63,740 nucleotides of DNA, filler included, from Salisapilia sapeloensis CBS 127946 (GCA_023334545.1; 7 parts of 7 records of this genome joined end to end with filler, not necessarily neighbours in it), one strand, 5' to 3'; positions 23,724-36,442 are shown, numbered from the whole stretch's first letter. The notes: generated from the sequence alone by a model not told the origin. A program made the numbers and translations.

Positions 23724-24637
23724 CTACGAATGAAGCACTGGTGTAATCCTCTTCTTCTTTTTGTCCGCACTTTCAGAATTTGAACTTCGCTTCCCAGTGC
23801 TCTTATTTGACACCGTTTTCACGTACTTCAAATACAAAAGTGGACGCAGCGTTTCTTTCGACATGTTGGCGAGCCCTCGATGCCACACTCGATAATCCAT
23901 GACGACTGGCGTTCCTGCTTCCACGTAGTGTGTGACACTCTCTAGATCTTTATACGTCTCGAAAGATGAAGCTGGTGTATCCTTGTTCGTAATTCGGATA
24001 TGAGATGACTTTTTCATCTCAGTGCCACCCACATCCTCTGTAATGCCGACTAACGGAATGAAAACGTTCAAACGGTCGGCTATATAGACAGTTAGTACCA
24101 TGTGAAGATGTACATTGGATAGTTAACACTACCTGGTTCATGCTTATCAAGGTTCCGATGGACGCCATCCAGGTGCCAATTCTGACTGGCATCTCCTGGT
24201 TTCGAGACAACACATCCGATATAGTCCAGAGCAAAGTTGAGACCATTCTCATTCGTGATGCTTTTGTTTTCGTCTTGAAATATATCTGTAATGACATCAA
24301 TCCACTTGGTTTCTATCGAGCTAAAAGCATGTACGATAGCTCTATCCTTGTCATTGGTACAGTCTTTTTCATTCGTCAGAGATGGTAGCTGCATGTCGAC
24401 TCGCCCACCTTGGCGAATGTAAAACCCATGGATCTTTTCAGCGTTCTTGATATCGCTCAGGTCCAGCCCACGATCATGAGCGACTTGGACTTGGTCATGA
24501 TACTTGGCCATGATACTGTCGTACAGTTGGGATACATCGCTAGCTTGGAGGCGATATACTGGATCTAATAAGGCAGCAAAGCCGTCTCTGTGCACATCCT
24601 TGGCAATGCGTTTGATAGAGGTACTCTGCTCCTCCAT
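23724..24637 (-). CDS. Phytanoyl-CoA dioxygenase (PhyH)-like 2OG/Fe(II) enzyme, 2 exons, 286 aa
   Basis: SKPGDASQNWHLDG (HxD), LNVFIPL and MDYRVWHRGLAN (distal His). Intron 24080-24132. Confidence 0.88.
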
Positions 24638-25052
24638 TTTAGTGTAAAGTGTCGAAATGCTATCCGTTTGAATAGATATAAACTGTTACTTAAATTTATA
24701 CTGTACTATTGTCAATTTTTCAAGCGACCTATTGTCTCCAGAAAAATTATTTTATAAAATCGGTAAATAAATATTGCCGATCCATCTCCCTCTACAATCG
24801 AGACGTCAAACCGCTTCCGTGTTATACACTTTATGCACCATTCTATTACCTTCAGTGCCTTACGAACAGATCACTAGTACGAGCGGTCTCGACAATGTCG
24901 ACCGACCATGTGCTTAATCTGGAAATATCCCAAATTAAAACTACCCTTCTCTGCATACAAATGCGTGTAATAAAAAGAGAAGTTGGTCGAAGTGTCTAAC
25001 CACTTCACGCCGGACAACTATCGCTTCGTTGCTTTTTCTGCCAGTGCAAGCG

Positions 25053-26372
25053 ATGACGCCTCCTCCGAATGCGTACACGGAGCTAAACATCCTCGCAGAC
25101 CAGCTTTTCCAGTACCACTTGTCCAGCAACTCGTCAGCCCTTCCGTCCAAGCTCAAATTGCAGCCATCGGCTCAAACTTTTCAACAGCTATGGCCGACGC
25201 TGCAGCAAGCAGTGTCCACATCGACTAAGCAAGTCGCAAGCATTCGTAAGAGGAAAGCTAGCGAAGAAAAGGACCGGCAACGGAAGCAACAGGAAAAGAT
25301 GCAAGCGCGTGAAAAGCGAAAACGAGAGGAAGAAGAGTACGAAGCTCGTTTAAAAAAGCAAAAGCTCGAGCAAGAAGCTGCTAAGCAGCAAAAACTTTCA
25401 TCGGAAGAACGAAAGAATGAAGATTTCCATGCTAAACTGCAACAGGTACCTTTAGTCGAAGATGTGTCGATCAATTCGAAAAAATTCCAATATCTTTCCG
25501 ACTGGGTCGGTGCGCATGACGGAAAGGATTCTGATGTGACGCAGCAACTGGGTAAGCTTTTGACCGATCTCATCAGTCGTCCTGACTTTTTATCCGCCGA
25601 AGTCGAGACGCGGAAGAAGCAAAAATCGGAAGTACGAAAGCGTCGTCCGTCGTCCGAGACACTGGACGCTCGGCTGTCAAAGGAAAAGCAAAAGAGTCCT
25701 AACATTTCTAAGGCTGACAAGGCCGAGTGGAATTCCGACGAAGACAGTGAAGAGGAGGAAGTCCACTTATCGTCGGACTCTGACAGTGGAGCCGTCTACT
25801 TCACCAAGGACGTGCCGAAGAAGAAGACTCGTGCTAGCAGTAGTGCTGGCGGTAGTGTTGGCAGTGCTTCGACTCAGGCCATTCAACTGGATGAAAGTGA
25901 AGAAGAGTACGATGTCGACATGAGTTACGTGGAGGAGAAGAAGCAGGAGGACGAGTCGGAGACAGATGAAGAAGCGCCGGAAGAGTTTAACGTCGATGAT
26001 GACGACGTGTACACAGTAGAGTGCATTTTGGAGGAAAAACGACGGAAGAAGAAGAAAGATAAGGATTTCTACTTGATCAAGTGGTTAGGATACGACGAGT
26101 TGACGTGGGAGCCGACGGAGAACGTCCCGAGGCACTTGGTGGACAATTTCCACGAGCGACAACAGCTCAAGCGCTCTGTCAACTATAAGATCAGTCAAGT
26201 CTTGGATCGGATGTATGTGAAGAACCTGACGACCAACCGCCCCGAGTTCATCTATAAGATCGTGTGGAAGGGACAGGAGCCGGACGACTCGGTCTGGGAA
26301 GGATACAGTGCATTGCCGAATCAGGCGCAAGTCACGGTCCAAAAGCACTTTCGCGCGAAAAATAAGTCGTAA
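25053..26372 (+). CDS. Nuclear protein with N-terminal coiled coil and two C-terminal chromodomain-like folds
   Basis: YTVECIL...YLIKWLGYDELTWEPTENV and YKISQVL...YKIVWKGQEPDDSVWEG, plus Lys/Arg-rich NLS-like stretches. Confidence 0.85.
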   Translation: MTPPPNAYTELNILADQLFQYHLSSNSSALPSKLKLQPSAQTFQQLWPTLQQAVSTSTKQVASIRKRKASEEKDRQRKQQEKMQAREKRKREEEEYEARLKKQKLEQEAAKQQKLSSEERKNEDFHAKLQQVPLVEDVSINSKKFQYLSDWVGAHDGKDSDVTQQLGKLLTDLISRPDFLSAEVETRKKQKSEVRKRRPSSETLDARLSKEKQKSPNISKADKAEWNSDEDSEEEEVHLSSDSDSGAVYFTKDVPKKKTRASSSAGGSVGSASTQAIQLDESEEEYDVDMSYVEEKKQEDESETDEEAPEEFNVDDDDVYTVECILEEKRRKKKKDKDFYLIKWLGYDELTWEPTENVPRHLVDNFHERQQLKRSVNYKISQVLDRMYVKNLTTNRPEFIYKIVWKGQEPDDSVWEGYSALPNQAQVTVQKHFRAKNKS

Positions 26373-26950
26373 AGAGAGTAAGGCATATGCTTTTTATTTA
26401 GTACCGTTCGGTATCTCGTAATTGTAATCTGGGGCGTAAGCTGGATGGGTTTTTAGGTAGAGTGCAAAGCATCTTGTGGTGTGAGGATGGGCAATTGCTA
26501 ATATCCTCGTTTAGACCTGCTCTTACCATAAGATCTGAGTCATAGATATACACAATGATCCTGTTTTGGATTGATTCATGGTATCTGAACTGCTCGAAAG
26601 AGCTCTGAAAGCGCTATCTGCAGCAGGAACTGAGAGCAGCCAAGTGTCGTCGCTACAACGTTCCAGTCAGACGATACTCCTACTTAATTCCTGCAAGATA
26701 CTACGCACAAAAGCCTAGCTTTAACAATATTAGGGTCATTTTCCTCTAGATCACAAGAAAACTGTCATCAGTTCGCGATGGCATGCCTGGGCGCCTAGAT
26801 CCTCTTTGGATAAGATCTGCTGACGAGTGATAGCGTCTTTTCAAGATCGTCAACACGCAGAATAATTCGCTGTCGTCAGTGGTCAATATATCGTTTTTTC
26901 CACCAATTAAAAAGAACTCGAAGCACTAAAGCTCCGCGACATATCGGAAA

Positions 26951-28476
26951 ATGGCTGCCGAGAGCGATGCCGGGCCTTCTCGACCTCCACGACTCGACCT
27001 AGAGATGGTGGAGCGAGGTAGCTCCATCACGGAAGACACTAGCTCAGATAAGAGCAGTCCGACGGACCCTGGAAGTGCTGCCAAGTCCTCTCGTCCGCTG
27101 AAAACTCCAGGTCTGAACGATACGGAGGACGATACGAATGACAGCTCAGCAAACCTCACCTCGTACAATACACTTTCACCACCATATCTATCGTCATTTT
27201 AATGCAATACATATCTTTATAGGAGCGGCAAGGCTTTTGCAAACACCATGATCGCCTTCCTCGGTTCCGGTGCGCTCGGCCTCCCTTATGCCTTTAGCAA
27301 GACCGGCATCCTCGTAAGTAGTTCACTGCCATCTTCCTCTTGCCATCTCACATTTGACAATAGTACGGACTCATCACACTCGTTGGCGTCTCGAGCGTCA
27401 GTCTCTACGCCATGATGCTTCTCGTCTCGTGCAAATACAAGCTTCGAGCTCGAGGCTACCACGTTTCCACGTACGGAGACATTGGTCGGGTCGCTCTCGG
27501 CACCACCGGCTCCGTCCTCGTGAATACGGCGCTAGTCGTGTCTCAAACAGGTTTCTGCGTCGCGTATCTCATCTTCATCGCATTCAACGTCCACAGCTTC
27601 CTCGGCATCTCCAAGGAAGTCGTCGTCTCCCTCTGTCTCCCTCCTCTCATTGCCTTTTCTCTCCTCAAACACATGAAGCAATTGTCTCCCTTTGCTCTCC
27701 TGGCCGACGTTCTAAACATGGCTGGCTTTGTCGTCGTCTACCTTGCCGACCTGTCCTACATGGCAGCAGACTTTGACGCCATCGACGGTGTCGGAAGCTT
27801 GGCGCAAGTGCCCTTCTTCTTCGGCGTCGCGTCCTACTGCTTTGAAGGCATCGGCATGGTTTTACCATTAGAAAACTCCATGCAGCACAAGCAGCACTTT
27901 GCTCCGATCCTATCTGCCACCGTCATCATCATTACGACCATCTACGCCACCTTTGGCGTCTGCGGCTACCTCGCCTTTGGCGCATCCACGAAGGACGTCA
28001 TTACGCTCAACATGGACAGCAGTGGAGGTCTCATGGTCAAGCTCTTTCTCTGCGGAGGCCTCTTCTTCACGTACCCGCTGATGCTCTTCCCAGTCTTTGA
28101 AGTCCTCACGCCTCTTGTCGTCGGTGAGCTGCACGAAGTCACGACTGGATCGAGTGAGATGGACGACATTGTCAACGAGGATGAAGAACGCGTGAAGAAC
28201 CGAAAAGCCAAGGTCCTACGAGCAGTAACGGTCCTCTTAACGGCTGTCATCGCTGCAGGCGTGCCGAACTTTGGCACCTTCATCTCGTTCATCGGATCTA
28301 CTTGCTGCGTCACACTAGCATTTGTCCTACCGTCTCTCTTCTACCTCGTCGTGACGAAAGACGAAGCCAAGTCGTGTCTTTCGAGAATACACACGCTCTT
28401 ACTGATCTTCATCATGGCACTAGGGCTACTAGCCGTCGCTTCCGAAGTATACGACGCACTCGTGAACGTGTTTTAG
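26951..28476 (+). CDS. Amino acid/auxin permease (AAAP, SLC36-like) transporter, 3 exons, 471 aa
   Basis: AFANTMIAFLGSGALGLPYAFSKTG, SQTGFCVAYLIFI, FEGIGMVLPLENSM and TYPLMLFP. Introns 27163-27222 and 27314-27363. Confidence 0.93.
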
Positions 28477-28503
28477 AAATGGAACGTTTTCATCATTTGA
28501 TAC

Positions 28504-30157
28504 TTAAGTCGACACTTTCTTGACAAGCACTCGTCTCGCTTTCTTCTGAGCACGTGGTAACGCTCGAAACCTTCGTCTGTTCTTATCCTCTTCCTCCTCT
28601 TTCTTCAAACGTTCTTGGAAAGACTGAACGTACTGTCGATGGCGCTCGATGCCTTTGAGCTTGGGGGTCTTGGCGACTATCAACTGATGGTCCGTCCGCA
28701 TCTGTCGCTTCGTCTTCCGTCGATACGCACGACGGTCAGGACTGTGGTATCTGAACTTGTGCTGGAGCTCGCTAGCGTCTGTATCTTCCACTTGAGGCAC
28801 CGGTCGATGACGAGACGATGTCATCAGTCGAGGCGAATGACCCTACACGACCATCAGGATCTCCATATCCAACGTACATGTACTAGCAACTACCTTTGTG
28901 ATGGTAAGCTTCATGTTGGCATAATCTGGGGAAGGTGGGAGCTTGTCAGGCGATCGAGGATCGACTCTTGGTCGCTTACTCGCTCTCGTCTCCGTCTCGA
29001 ACGTGAACAACTATGAACAGACGGCATGAGTATTCGACAAGGATTGTATTCCATCTTTCGCCCATACAAAACAAACGTCCAATACAACATCATTACTTGT
29101 TTACCTTGACATCCTTCGCGACACGTTTCTTCACGGCTGGAGCATGCTCTCGAGTAAAGTATCGAGGCGCATCCATTCTTCCAGCATCCGGACTCTCGGT
29201 TTTGTCAGTCTCTGTCCGTCGAGTACGTTGTTCCGACTGAAAACGGGGAGACACCGGGACGGTCAGCTTCTTCGTCGACCGCTTCTGGACACTTGTCGGA
29301 GCTCTCTGCGCCTTGTTCTTCTCGTACAGCTCCCACATCTTCTTCCGCTCCTTTTCTCGTTCCAGACGTTCCTGCTGCAGTTGCTGCAGCTCTCGACTGG
29401 TGCTACTCATGCGACTGTCCATCGTCCTCCGACTTGACGCGCCACCAGTGGTCTTCGGTGGCGCTACGACTCTCTTCGTTGGATGCTTAGAGGCTTTCGG
29501 CGCGTCCGGACTGGACTTTTTGCTGCTTGGACTAGCTTTTCGAGGCTTGGGAGATGTCTCGACCTTTTCTTTCGGCTTCACGGCATGATTTAACGACGCT
29601 GTGGTCGGCTTCAAGAAACTCATGGCGTCACGATTCTCCTGACTGGTTCTTCTGGATCGAGAAGGGGCAGACGCCGGAGGTTTTGGTACATGCTCTAGCT
29701 TTCCAGCGTGACTAGAGGATGCGTACTGGGCATAGACGTGTTCAAACGAGTCGTCTCCATTCTGTGACGACGCAAGGCGGCTGTACACTTCGTCAAAGGA
29801 CTGATTCAGGTCTGGAGTTGGCTTCTTCAGTTCCTCTTGTGCCTTGTGTGGAGCTTTCTTCGCGTGTAGACGTAGGCTACTGAGTTCCTGCTCTAGATTC
29901 TCCTTGTTATTCGAAGGAGAGTCCTTGTCAGGTGCATGAATGTCAAAGGAATCGTCCCGATCGAACGAGTCGTCATGAGGGAGTTTGGAAAAGGAGGTAG
30001 AGAAGTACCCATCAGCGTCGTTCACGTACTGTTGCTCCAACTCTGGGTGCTTCAGGTCGTAGTAGGAGGGTGCGTTGAAAGAGAAGTCGTCATCGTCACT
30101 GGACTTGTTGCTAGGCTGCTCACTGTCCGTGTACGAGCGAGAGCTGTCCGACGGCAT
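28504..30157 (-). CDS. TPX2-like microtubule/spindle protein, 3 exons, 502 aa
   Basis: N-terminal FSFNAPSYYDL...DADGYF (Aurora-A-binding-like) and C-terminal KLTVPVSPRF, LFTFETETRA and KLTITKGHSPRLMTSSRHRP. Introns 29011-29104 and 28843-28893 join three ORF-track pieces in frame. Confidence 0.72.
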
Positions 30158-30330
30158 GTGGCTTCGTATTTAAATCGGAGTCAGAGGGGTAATTGACTCA
30201 ACTTGACTATGGCGGACGTAATTTACATGCTTGGAGATAAATGCCTGTCAATTTCAAAAAGAGAATACTGAAACCAAGTGTAAAAAGCGGTTAGAATAAA
30301 TGACGAAGGAATAATCAATTAACGGTGAAG

Positions 30331-31292
30331 ATGCTACGGCGATTTGGACGCTTGTCGCTACGGCCGCTGCATACGCCTGCTAGATGCATGGTAGCTTCCT
30401 TTGCATCCCCCCTAGCTTATGCAGTTTAAGTCATAGCTTACTTTACATAGCATACGGTGAAACTGGAGGGAGTGGCAGACACGCCGGAATGTCGATACGT
30501 CTACTATGATGAGTCGGGGAGGAAGCACTCACCGTGGCATCAGATCCCATTGTTCAGTAACACTACGTCGACAAGGTCTCCTCGTAGTGTCGAGTCGGAT
30601 GACTGGGAACAAGATGATTTCATCTTTAACTTTGTCAATGAGATCCCAAGAGGGTATTTGCCACTTCCGTCCATTCGCTGATCCACTACTCACCTTGTGA
30701 TAGCACTCGTGCCAAGATGGAGATTGCTGTGAAAGAAGAGTTCAATCCGATTAAGCAGGATATGAAGAAGGGAGCTCTGAGGTTCTACCCGACTGCGTCT
30801 TTAGTCAATTACGGTTGTCTGCCGCAGACGTGGGAAGACCCGAATGATGTGGACGTAAACACTGGTCGCGGTGGTGACGATGATCCGATCGACGTCTGTG
30901 AGATTGGCTCCAAGGTTGCTGCGATCGGTGAAGTGTATCCCGTAAAGGTGTTGGGTATCCTCGGTATGATCGACGAGGGCGAAACGGACTGGAAAGTCAT
31001 CGCTATTGCCACGGACGATCCCCTGGCTTCCGAACTGCATGATCTGAGTGACGTGGAGAAGCATCCGAAGGTGTCTCACATCGTAAAAGACGTCCATGAC
31101 TGGTTCCGAGACTACAAAGTTCCGGATGGAAAGCCACCTGCGACCTTTGCGTTCGATGGAAAGGCTCAGCCACGACACTTTGCGAGGGACATCATCCACC
31201 AGACCCACGAAAGTTGGAAGCAGCTCATTGACAACAATGTCGCTGGGCCGATTGAGCTCTGGACGGGACATCCGCCCAATGTCGAGCACTAA
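30331..31292 (+). CDS. Family I soluble inorganic pyrophosphatase with a probable mitochondrial presequence, 3 exons, 283 aa
   Basis: SPWHQIPL, NEIPRGTRAKMEI, NYGCLPQTWEDP, GDDDPIDVCEIG and DEGETDWK. Introns 30391-30450 and 30654-30703. The N-terminus MLRRFGRLSLRPLH is Arg-rich and lacks acidic residues. Confidence 0.95.
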
Positions 31293-32122
31293 AGATGGAA
31301 CAAACTTGTTTTCATTTGTTCAAAACCTCGTTTATTGTTTTTAAAAGCAAGAGCAGCTTAGGTCAAGTAGAATGGATAGAATCTCTTGTCTAGTTTGATA
31401 CATGAAACGCCATGTTGGATGATCTTTCGGCCTATGAGGCCTTTGGTTACTATGCCGATCACAGGAGTCTTGACCCAGTGGGTATCGTATCTTCAGCGTT
31501 GACATGTGTGGTAACCTGATTTTTCATCCGCGAAGGTTAGCGACACGAAAATAAGACACACTTGGCTATGCTTTCGCTTGGTCCACTGTAAGTTTCAAGT
31601 AGGAGGTAGCTGGAGCAGATACAATTGTACTGGAGCTCAGTTCTTATCTTTGCATGTAAGAAGATTCTGAGGATATGAAAACCCAGAAGTAAAAGCAATA
31701 GTCTTAAAAATCCTACACTGAAGACTATGCAGACTAAAGCAGCCCATGGCCAAGAGAACGACTGATTACATGCTGCGCGAGATTAACGCTATACAACCCG
31801 GAAGAGACTTCCATCGCTATAACACCTCGACCTTCCTTCAACAGTCCCCAGTAGCACTAGACACAACTGAAAAACGCATTTGCCATCCCTAATTTTCCTG
31901 TGGCTACATCGACATGACTCATATCACTTGAGCCTAACATAGACCTTCAACCTGCACCCTGATCCATCGCTCACCTCACCACATCGTAATACGGCTTAAG
32001 CTGGAAAACTGTGACCGCTCCAAGAGTGCTACACGCAAAGTACAAGTCACAACACCCGCCGTCAAATACAGATTCTTTGCTTCATTTCATTCGCCACCAC
32101 CTCTCCAATCCGATGACAAAGA

Positions 32123-34112
32123 TCAACTATTCCATCTCGTATCTGCCTCACATTCTCTCTCCGGAAGTGGCAGCTCCGTCGGGTCCGCCGCCTCTTCCAC
32201 CTCATGCAGCTCCTGCTCCCTTTCCTCCATCTCCTGCATCGACGGCAGCCGATACGTACGAGGCTGCCTCGCTTCATGCCACGAAAATGGGTTCACTCGC
32301 GGCGGGAACGGAGGCTGCATCAGATCCGCACTCGGGTCCGGCATCTCACTCCTGACCAGATCATCCGTCACTGGCGGGGCATCATGCTCCGAAGCTTTCG
32401 ACGGATCCCACCGCCACTTTTTCTTCGCCTTTAGCGTCAGGATCGTACGCCCAATCTTGACATGGGACGTCTTATTCCACTCCAACTCAAGTGGTTTGCT
32501 CAAAAACAGCATCGTCCCATTCGATGACGACGCATCCGACAGGTAAAAGTTTCCCTGCAGCATGTCCATTAGATCTATACTGAAGATATGCTAGGAAGAA
32601 AACAACTTACGTCTTGGAACTTGACCTTGGCATGGAGTTGGGAGACGGTACGATAGCGCAGTGTCATATTATTGTTCGTCGACCGGCCAATCGTCAGGTA
32701 CTGTTGGGTCCTACTAAGACTGTATCACGCGTCAGAAGACATTCTTATGGTAGCATAAAGGGAATAGAGTACTTTGCAAAGGATAGCTGAAACCTCGTGT
32801 TCGTCAGGGCGGACGATCGGTTTCTTGTCTCGTGCTGCGTGACGACAGCAAAGGTGACATAGGGCGGCGGCAGTTTCTTTGCTAGAAGAGATACGGTCCG
32901 TCCGTCCTCGAGCTTCACTTTCGTCATGTACGTCGATTTGCAAATGCTGCAGACGTCGAGACCTTCGGTATTCGTTACGGCACACACCTTTTGGTTCGGA
33001 TTCGTTCCGTCTGCGTCTAAATTATGATTCCAGCGCTGGAGACAGTTCACGTGAAGGTACTTGGTGTCGCCCTTGCACCTGCATGGCGCCACGAGCGGAT
33101 TCGTCTCCGGATCCTCGTCTTCATCGTAGCAGATATAGCAGAACTTCTTGCCACTAGGTCGCTCTGTCTTGTCTCCAGAACCTTTTCGGTTCGATCCGGC
33201 AGAAGGGGACTTCTCCAACTGATCTTCTTCGGACTCTCCTTCGTCACTTGTCTCACCACTCGGGTTCTTGACTTCATCCACGCCGTCCAGTCGTTCATCT
33301 AGGTGATCATTATGACTCTCTTCGTCCTGATTCGAGTGCGGATGGAAGGTCTGTTGCAAAGGAATGCTAAGATAATTCTCCTTTAAAAAATGGTAGTCGT
33401 CGTCGCTCAAAGACTCTTGTGTAGCATCTGTCGTGCCTCGATTCACTTCACAGACGACGAGTCCGACGCTTCCGATGCGGAGTAAATCACCTAGACGAAG
33501 ACTGTGGGAGACGATGGGGTACTTTTTGCTACCAAGAACACGGCAGACGCCCGTGTGGCCACTGAAACGCTCAATGCTCGAGCCACAGACAAACTTGTCT
33601 GCCTGCGAATCATATTTTAACGCTAATGTCGTCGCTCTCGTGTCGTTTAATACGCACTCTTTCATCTGAGTCTTTGCCTCACTTTCCTGTTGATTAGTAG
33701 GTACAGAAGGGGCAGAGTGTGCTCGATCTGGCATCGACAGTCGTTCATTCTGTGCAGGCGAGACCTCGGCTGTGGATGGGTTACCCGTGAAGGTTGGTAC
33801 TGGGTGAGGTGCACTCTCGTCGCCGTTTTCAGAATGCCTAGTCGGAGGACTGTACAGCGTGGGTGCCTGGACATTCGACTGCTGTGGAGATGGAGAATAA
33901 TACGGATAGGCACCTCGTTGGGGACCATGGATCACGGCGCCGTCTTCGTCAACGGTGAACTCTAGCTTGGGGAGCGTGCGTCGACCCCTCCCGGCCGTGA
34001 CCCGAGCGCCCGTAGCATCTGTAGTCGTACGGAGTTCGCCGGGCGTCGTGGTTTCGGCCTTAATTTCGACGCGCCGGACGCTCTTGAAACCCATGTGCTT
34101 GTTACGGAGCAT
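32123..34112 (-). CDS. RING-CH (RINGv/MARCH-type) E3 ligase with an FHA domain, 3 exons, 626 aa
   Basis: CYICY...PCRCKGDTKYLHVNCLQRW...CSICK (C4HC3), then FHA motifs TIGRS, VSQLHA and DASSSNGT. An FHA-like beta segment (LRLGDLLRIGS) also precedes the RING. Introns 32720-32772 and 32555-32610. Confidence 0.88.
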
Positions 34113-35558
34113 GGTAGTTGATATGAAAAAGAGGTAGAGACACGGCAGGAGACGTCTTCGCGAACGATGGAGCAAGCACTTCTTCCGGACTTAAAGTCGC
34201 CCCCGTCGTATGTTCTTTTTTCGCGTTCTGGCGTTTTATACGATTGAGTATACTCAGACCAAGTGAATCGAGTAGAACTGTGAAAGGTCGTACGATCGGC
34301 CAGGTACTAGACTTTTTTAGACAGCCTTCCGTACGCGAAAGATATGAGGGAGGAGACGATGGGTTAGAGGCAGAGACAACAATGGAGCGTCTAGAAATAG
34401 AATGCTTTGTGAAAAGTCCTTGGAGGTTCAGACGCCAGCTTGTTCAGCTCAAAAGGTGCGACGACTCGACCTCTCTTCGGTCGTTTCATATCTGTCTACA
34501 CTTTGTGATGGATACTAGGCTGCTGGACATGATAGAAAATCAAGTTGTTGGTTGATTCTCGGTGGTGAGTATTCTTGCTTTCATGCGATTGACAAGAGAT
34601 CGACAGAATGGCAATGCCAAAAGAGGGAATTGATCATGACATAAATGTCATCTTTTGGCAATGTGCAGATCGTAGCTCGTTTCCATCCAGATGCGCTGCC
34701 TATTTAATACACTTGTTCGCTTCTTGTCGATCGTAATCTACTATCCCATTGCGATACGCTTCCATGTCTACTAGCAAAGATCGAGACTGTGGTCATGCGA
34801 AATACGCTTGGACGTGATGCTTGAGTTGACGCGTGAACCCACTCCAGGTCTCACTTGATGCACCATCGCACATCGATGTCCTATCTCGGTAGATAATGCA
34901 ACTCTTTTCGTTTGAATTCGAGTCGTGTCCTGCTAGCTCGGTCGCTTCAAGTCGCTATCAGACAGCGATCATGTTATTTGCAACAAAAGTCCGAGTCGAG
35001 AAACCCAATCACCTTCTGATGATGCAAATGATGTTTAGAATGGTGCAAGGCAATGTACAATACTTTACCATACAAATCGCATCTAAGGACTTGCAGTCTA
35101 GCTCGCTATTAGCTCGTTGCGGTAGCGAAAGTTGCCCAGACATCTTATCCATTATTTGGTGCATAAATGTAGCAACATCTTGAATACGAAAACAAGGTTT
35201 TCTTGGCGCTGACTTGAAGTCTGTATGCTCGGGTGTAGCCATGTAAAAATAGCTCAATATAAAGTCAGAAATTGGCACTCTCCTACTTTCCGGCGCGTAG
35301 CTAGGCTCACGGCTTTCGTCCTCGACGCTGACAATTGCGGGTGCGTATGCTTGCCCACGAAAAGAGCAGCAAGTGGGGGTCGTCCTTCCCATCACACGTA
35401 ATAACATTCTTCCATACCCTGTATATTGATTGGATCCAAAGGCACTTCCATTCTTAAAACATTTTCACCCGGTGCCGACGTAATTCGCAATATACCACGA
35501 CCTACATACGTTCGATCGAATACCAATCATCTCCTCTTTGCTATCGTATCAGGCGGAC

Positions 35559-36258
35559 ATGGACAACGCACCACTTTTTGAAAGAGAGCACCGGAATGAC
35601 AGCCAGCAAGTCCAACGCCTACAGACCGATCTAGCCGAGGCCCGGCGTCTCACTGAAAGCCAAGCGGCTAGGCTACGTGACCTCGAAGCCGTCGTAGATG
35701 ATCTAGAGCGAAGGTACCGTCTCACTTCATATCCTTCTTGGCCATTTCTCACCATGTCTATTTGCACAGGTTGGAATTGGAATCGAATGAGCTGATTACA
35801 TTGGATGCTCAAAAAGCTGAAGATGAAAGGTATAATCATCATATAGAACCAATCGGAAGATCATCAATTCATTTTTTAATAGAAAATGGGAGGAAGAGAG
35901 ACAGCAACTTAAAGGTGAAGTCGAGACGTGGCAACAACGATTCGAAGACGAATCTCGTCGTCGAGCCAATATAGATGAGCGTCTCCGTCGATCAGAGCGC
36001 GAGTTATACCGTATGCATCAAAAAAAGTACCAGATCGAACGAGACGTTCGACGTGAAGAGACGGAAAAACGTCGTCATGAAGCCGAGATTGTACGCAGCC
36101 TTGAAAAGGACAGTCTGGAGCAAGCACAGCGTCGTGCAAATAGCTCGCACAATATCGCTCGCAACGTTGATTTGACGGAAAACCCAAAGGAGGTCGAGCC
36201 AGCGAGCATACGACGACGCCAAGCACTGTCCGCTGCCATGGATTTCTTCAACGTGTAA
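35559..36258 (+). CDS. Hypothetical coiled-coil protein, at least 3 exons; further 5' exons likely
   Basis: Introns 35714-35769 and 35830-35882 give an open heptad-rich frame ending at TAA 36256-36258. Upstream GT-AG pairs suggest the gene starts earlier. Confidence 0.65.
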
Positions 36259-36442
36259 ATGACTGCCGGAGAGATGATAAATGGCGGAAGCGACTGTAAT
36301 ATAGCTTGGCCTTCTTTAATTTCAAATCTTTTCTTTGGCTGTAAAGGTACACCTTTGGTACTCACATGCACAGGTACAGTCGTAGTACATATAGTGAGCG
36401 CCAGTCAAAGCAAAACACAAATTCGAACAACGAATTCGAGAA

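Noticed and set aside
6410-30157. Apparent mitosis/cell-cycle cluster (importin-beta, KBP, MCM2, TPX2-like)
   Set aside because: TPX2-like is on a different contig from the others, and unrelated housekeeping genes are interspersed.
35211-35225. 15-nt exact inverted match with 63642-63656
   Set aside because: A few 15-mer matches are expected by chance in 64 kb, and the flanks do not extend the match.
35009-35407. 132-aa minus-strand ORF with a vaguely cyclin-like helix
   Set aside because: No convincing motif, and plus-strand splice signals suggest this region holds upstream exons of the 35559 gene.
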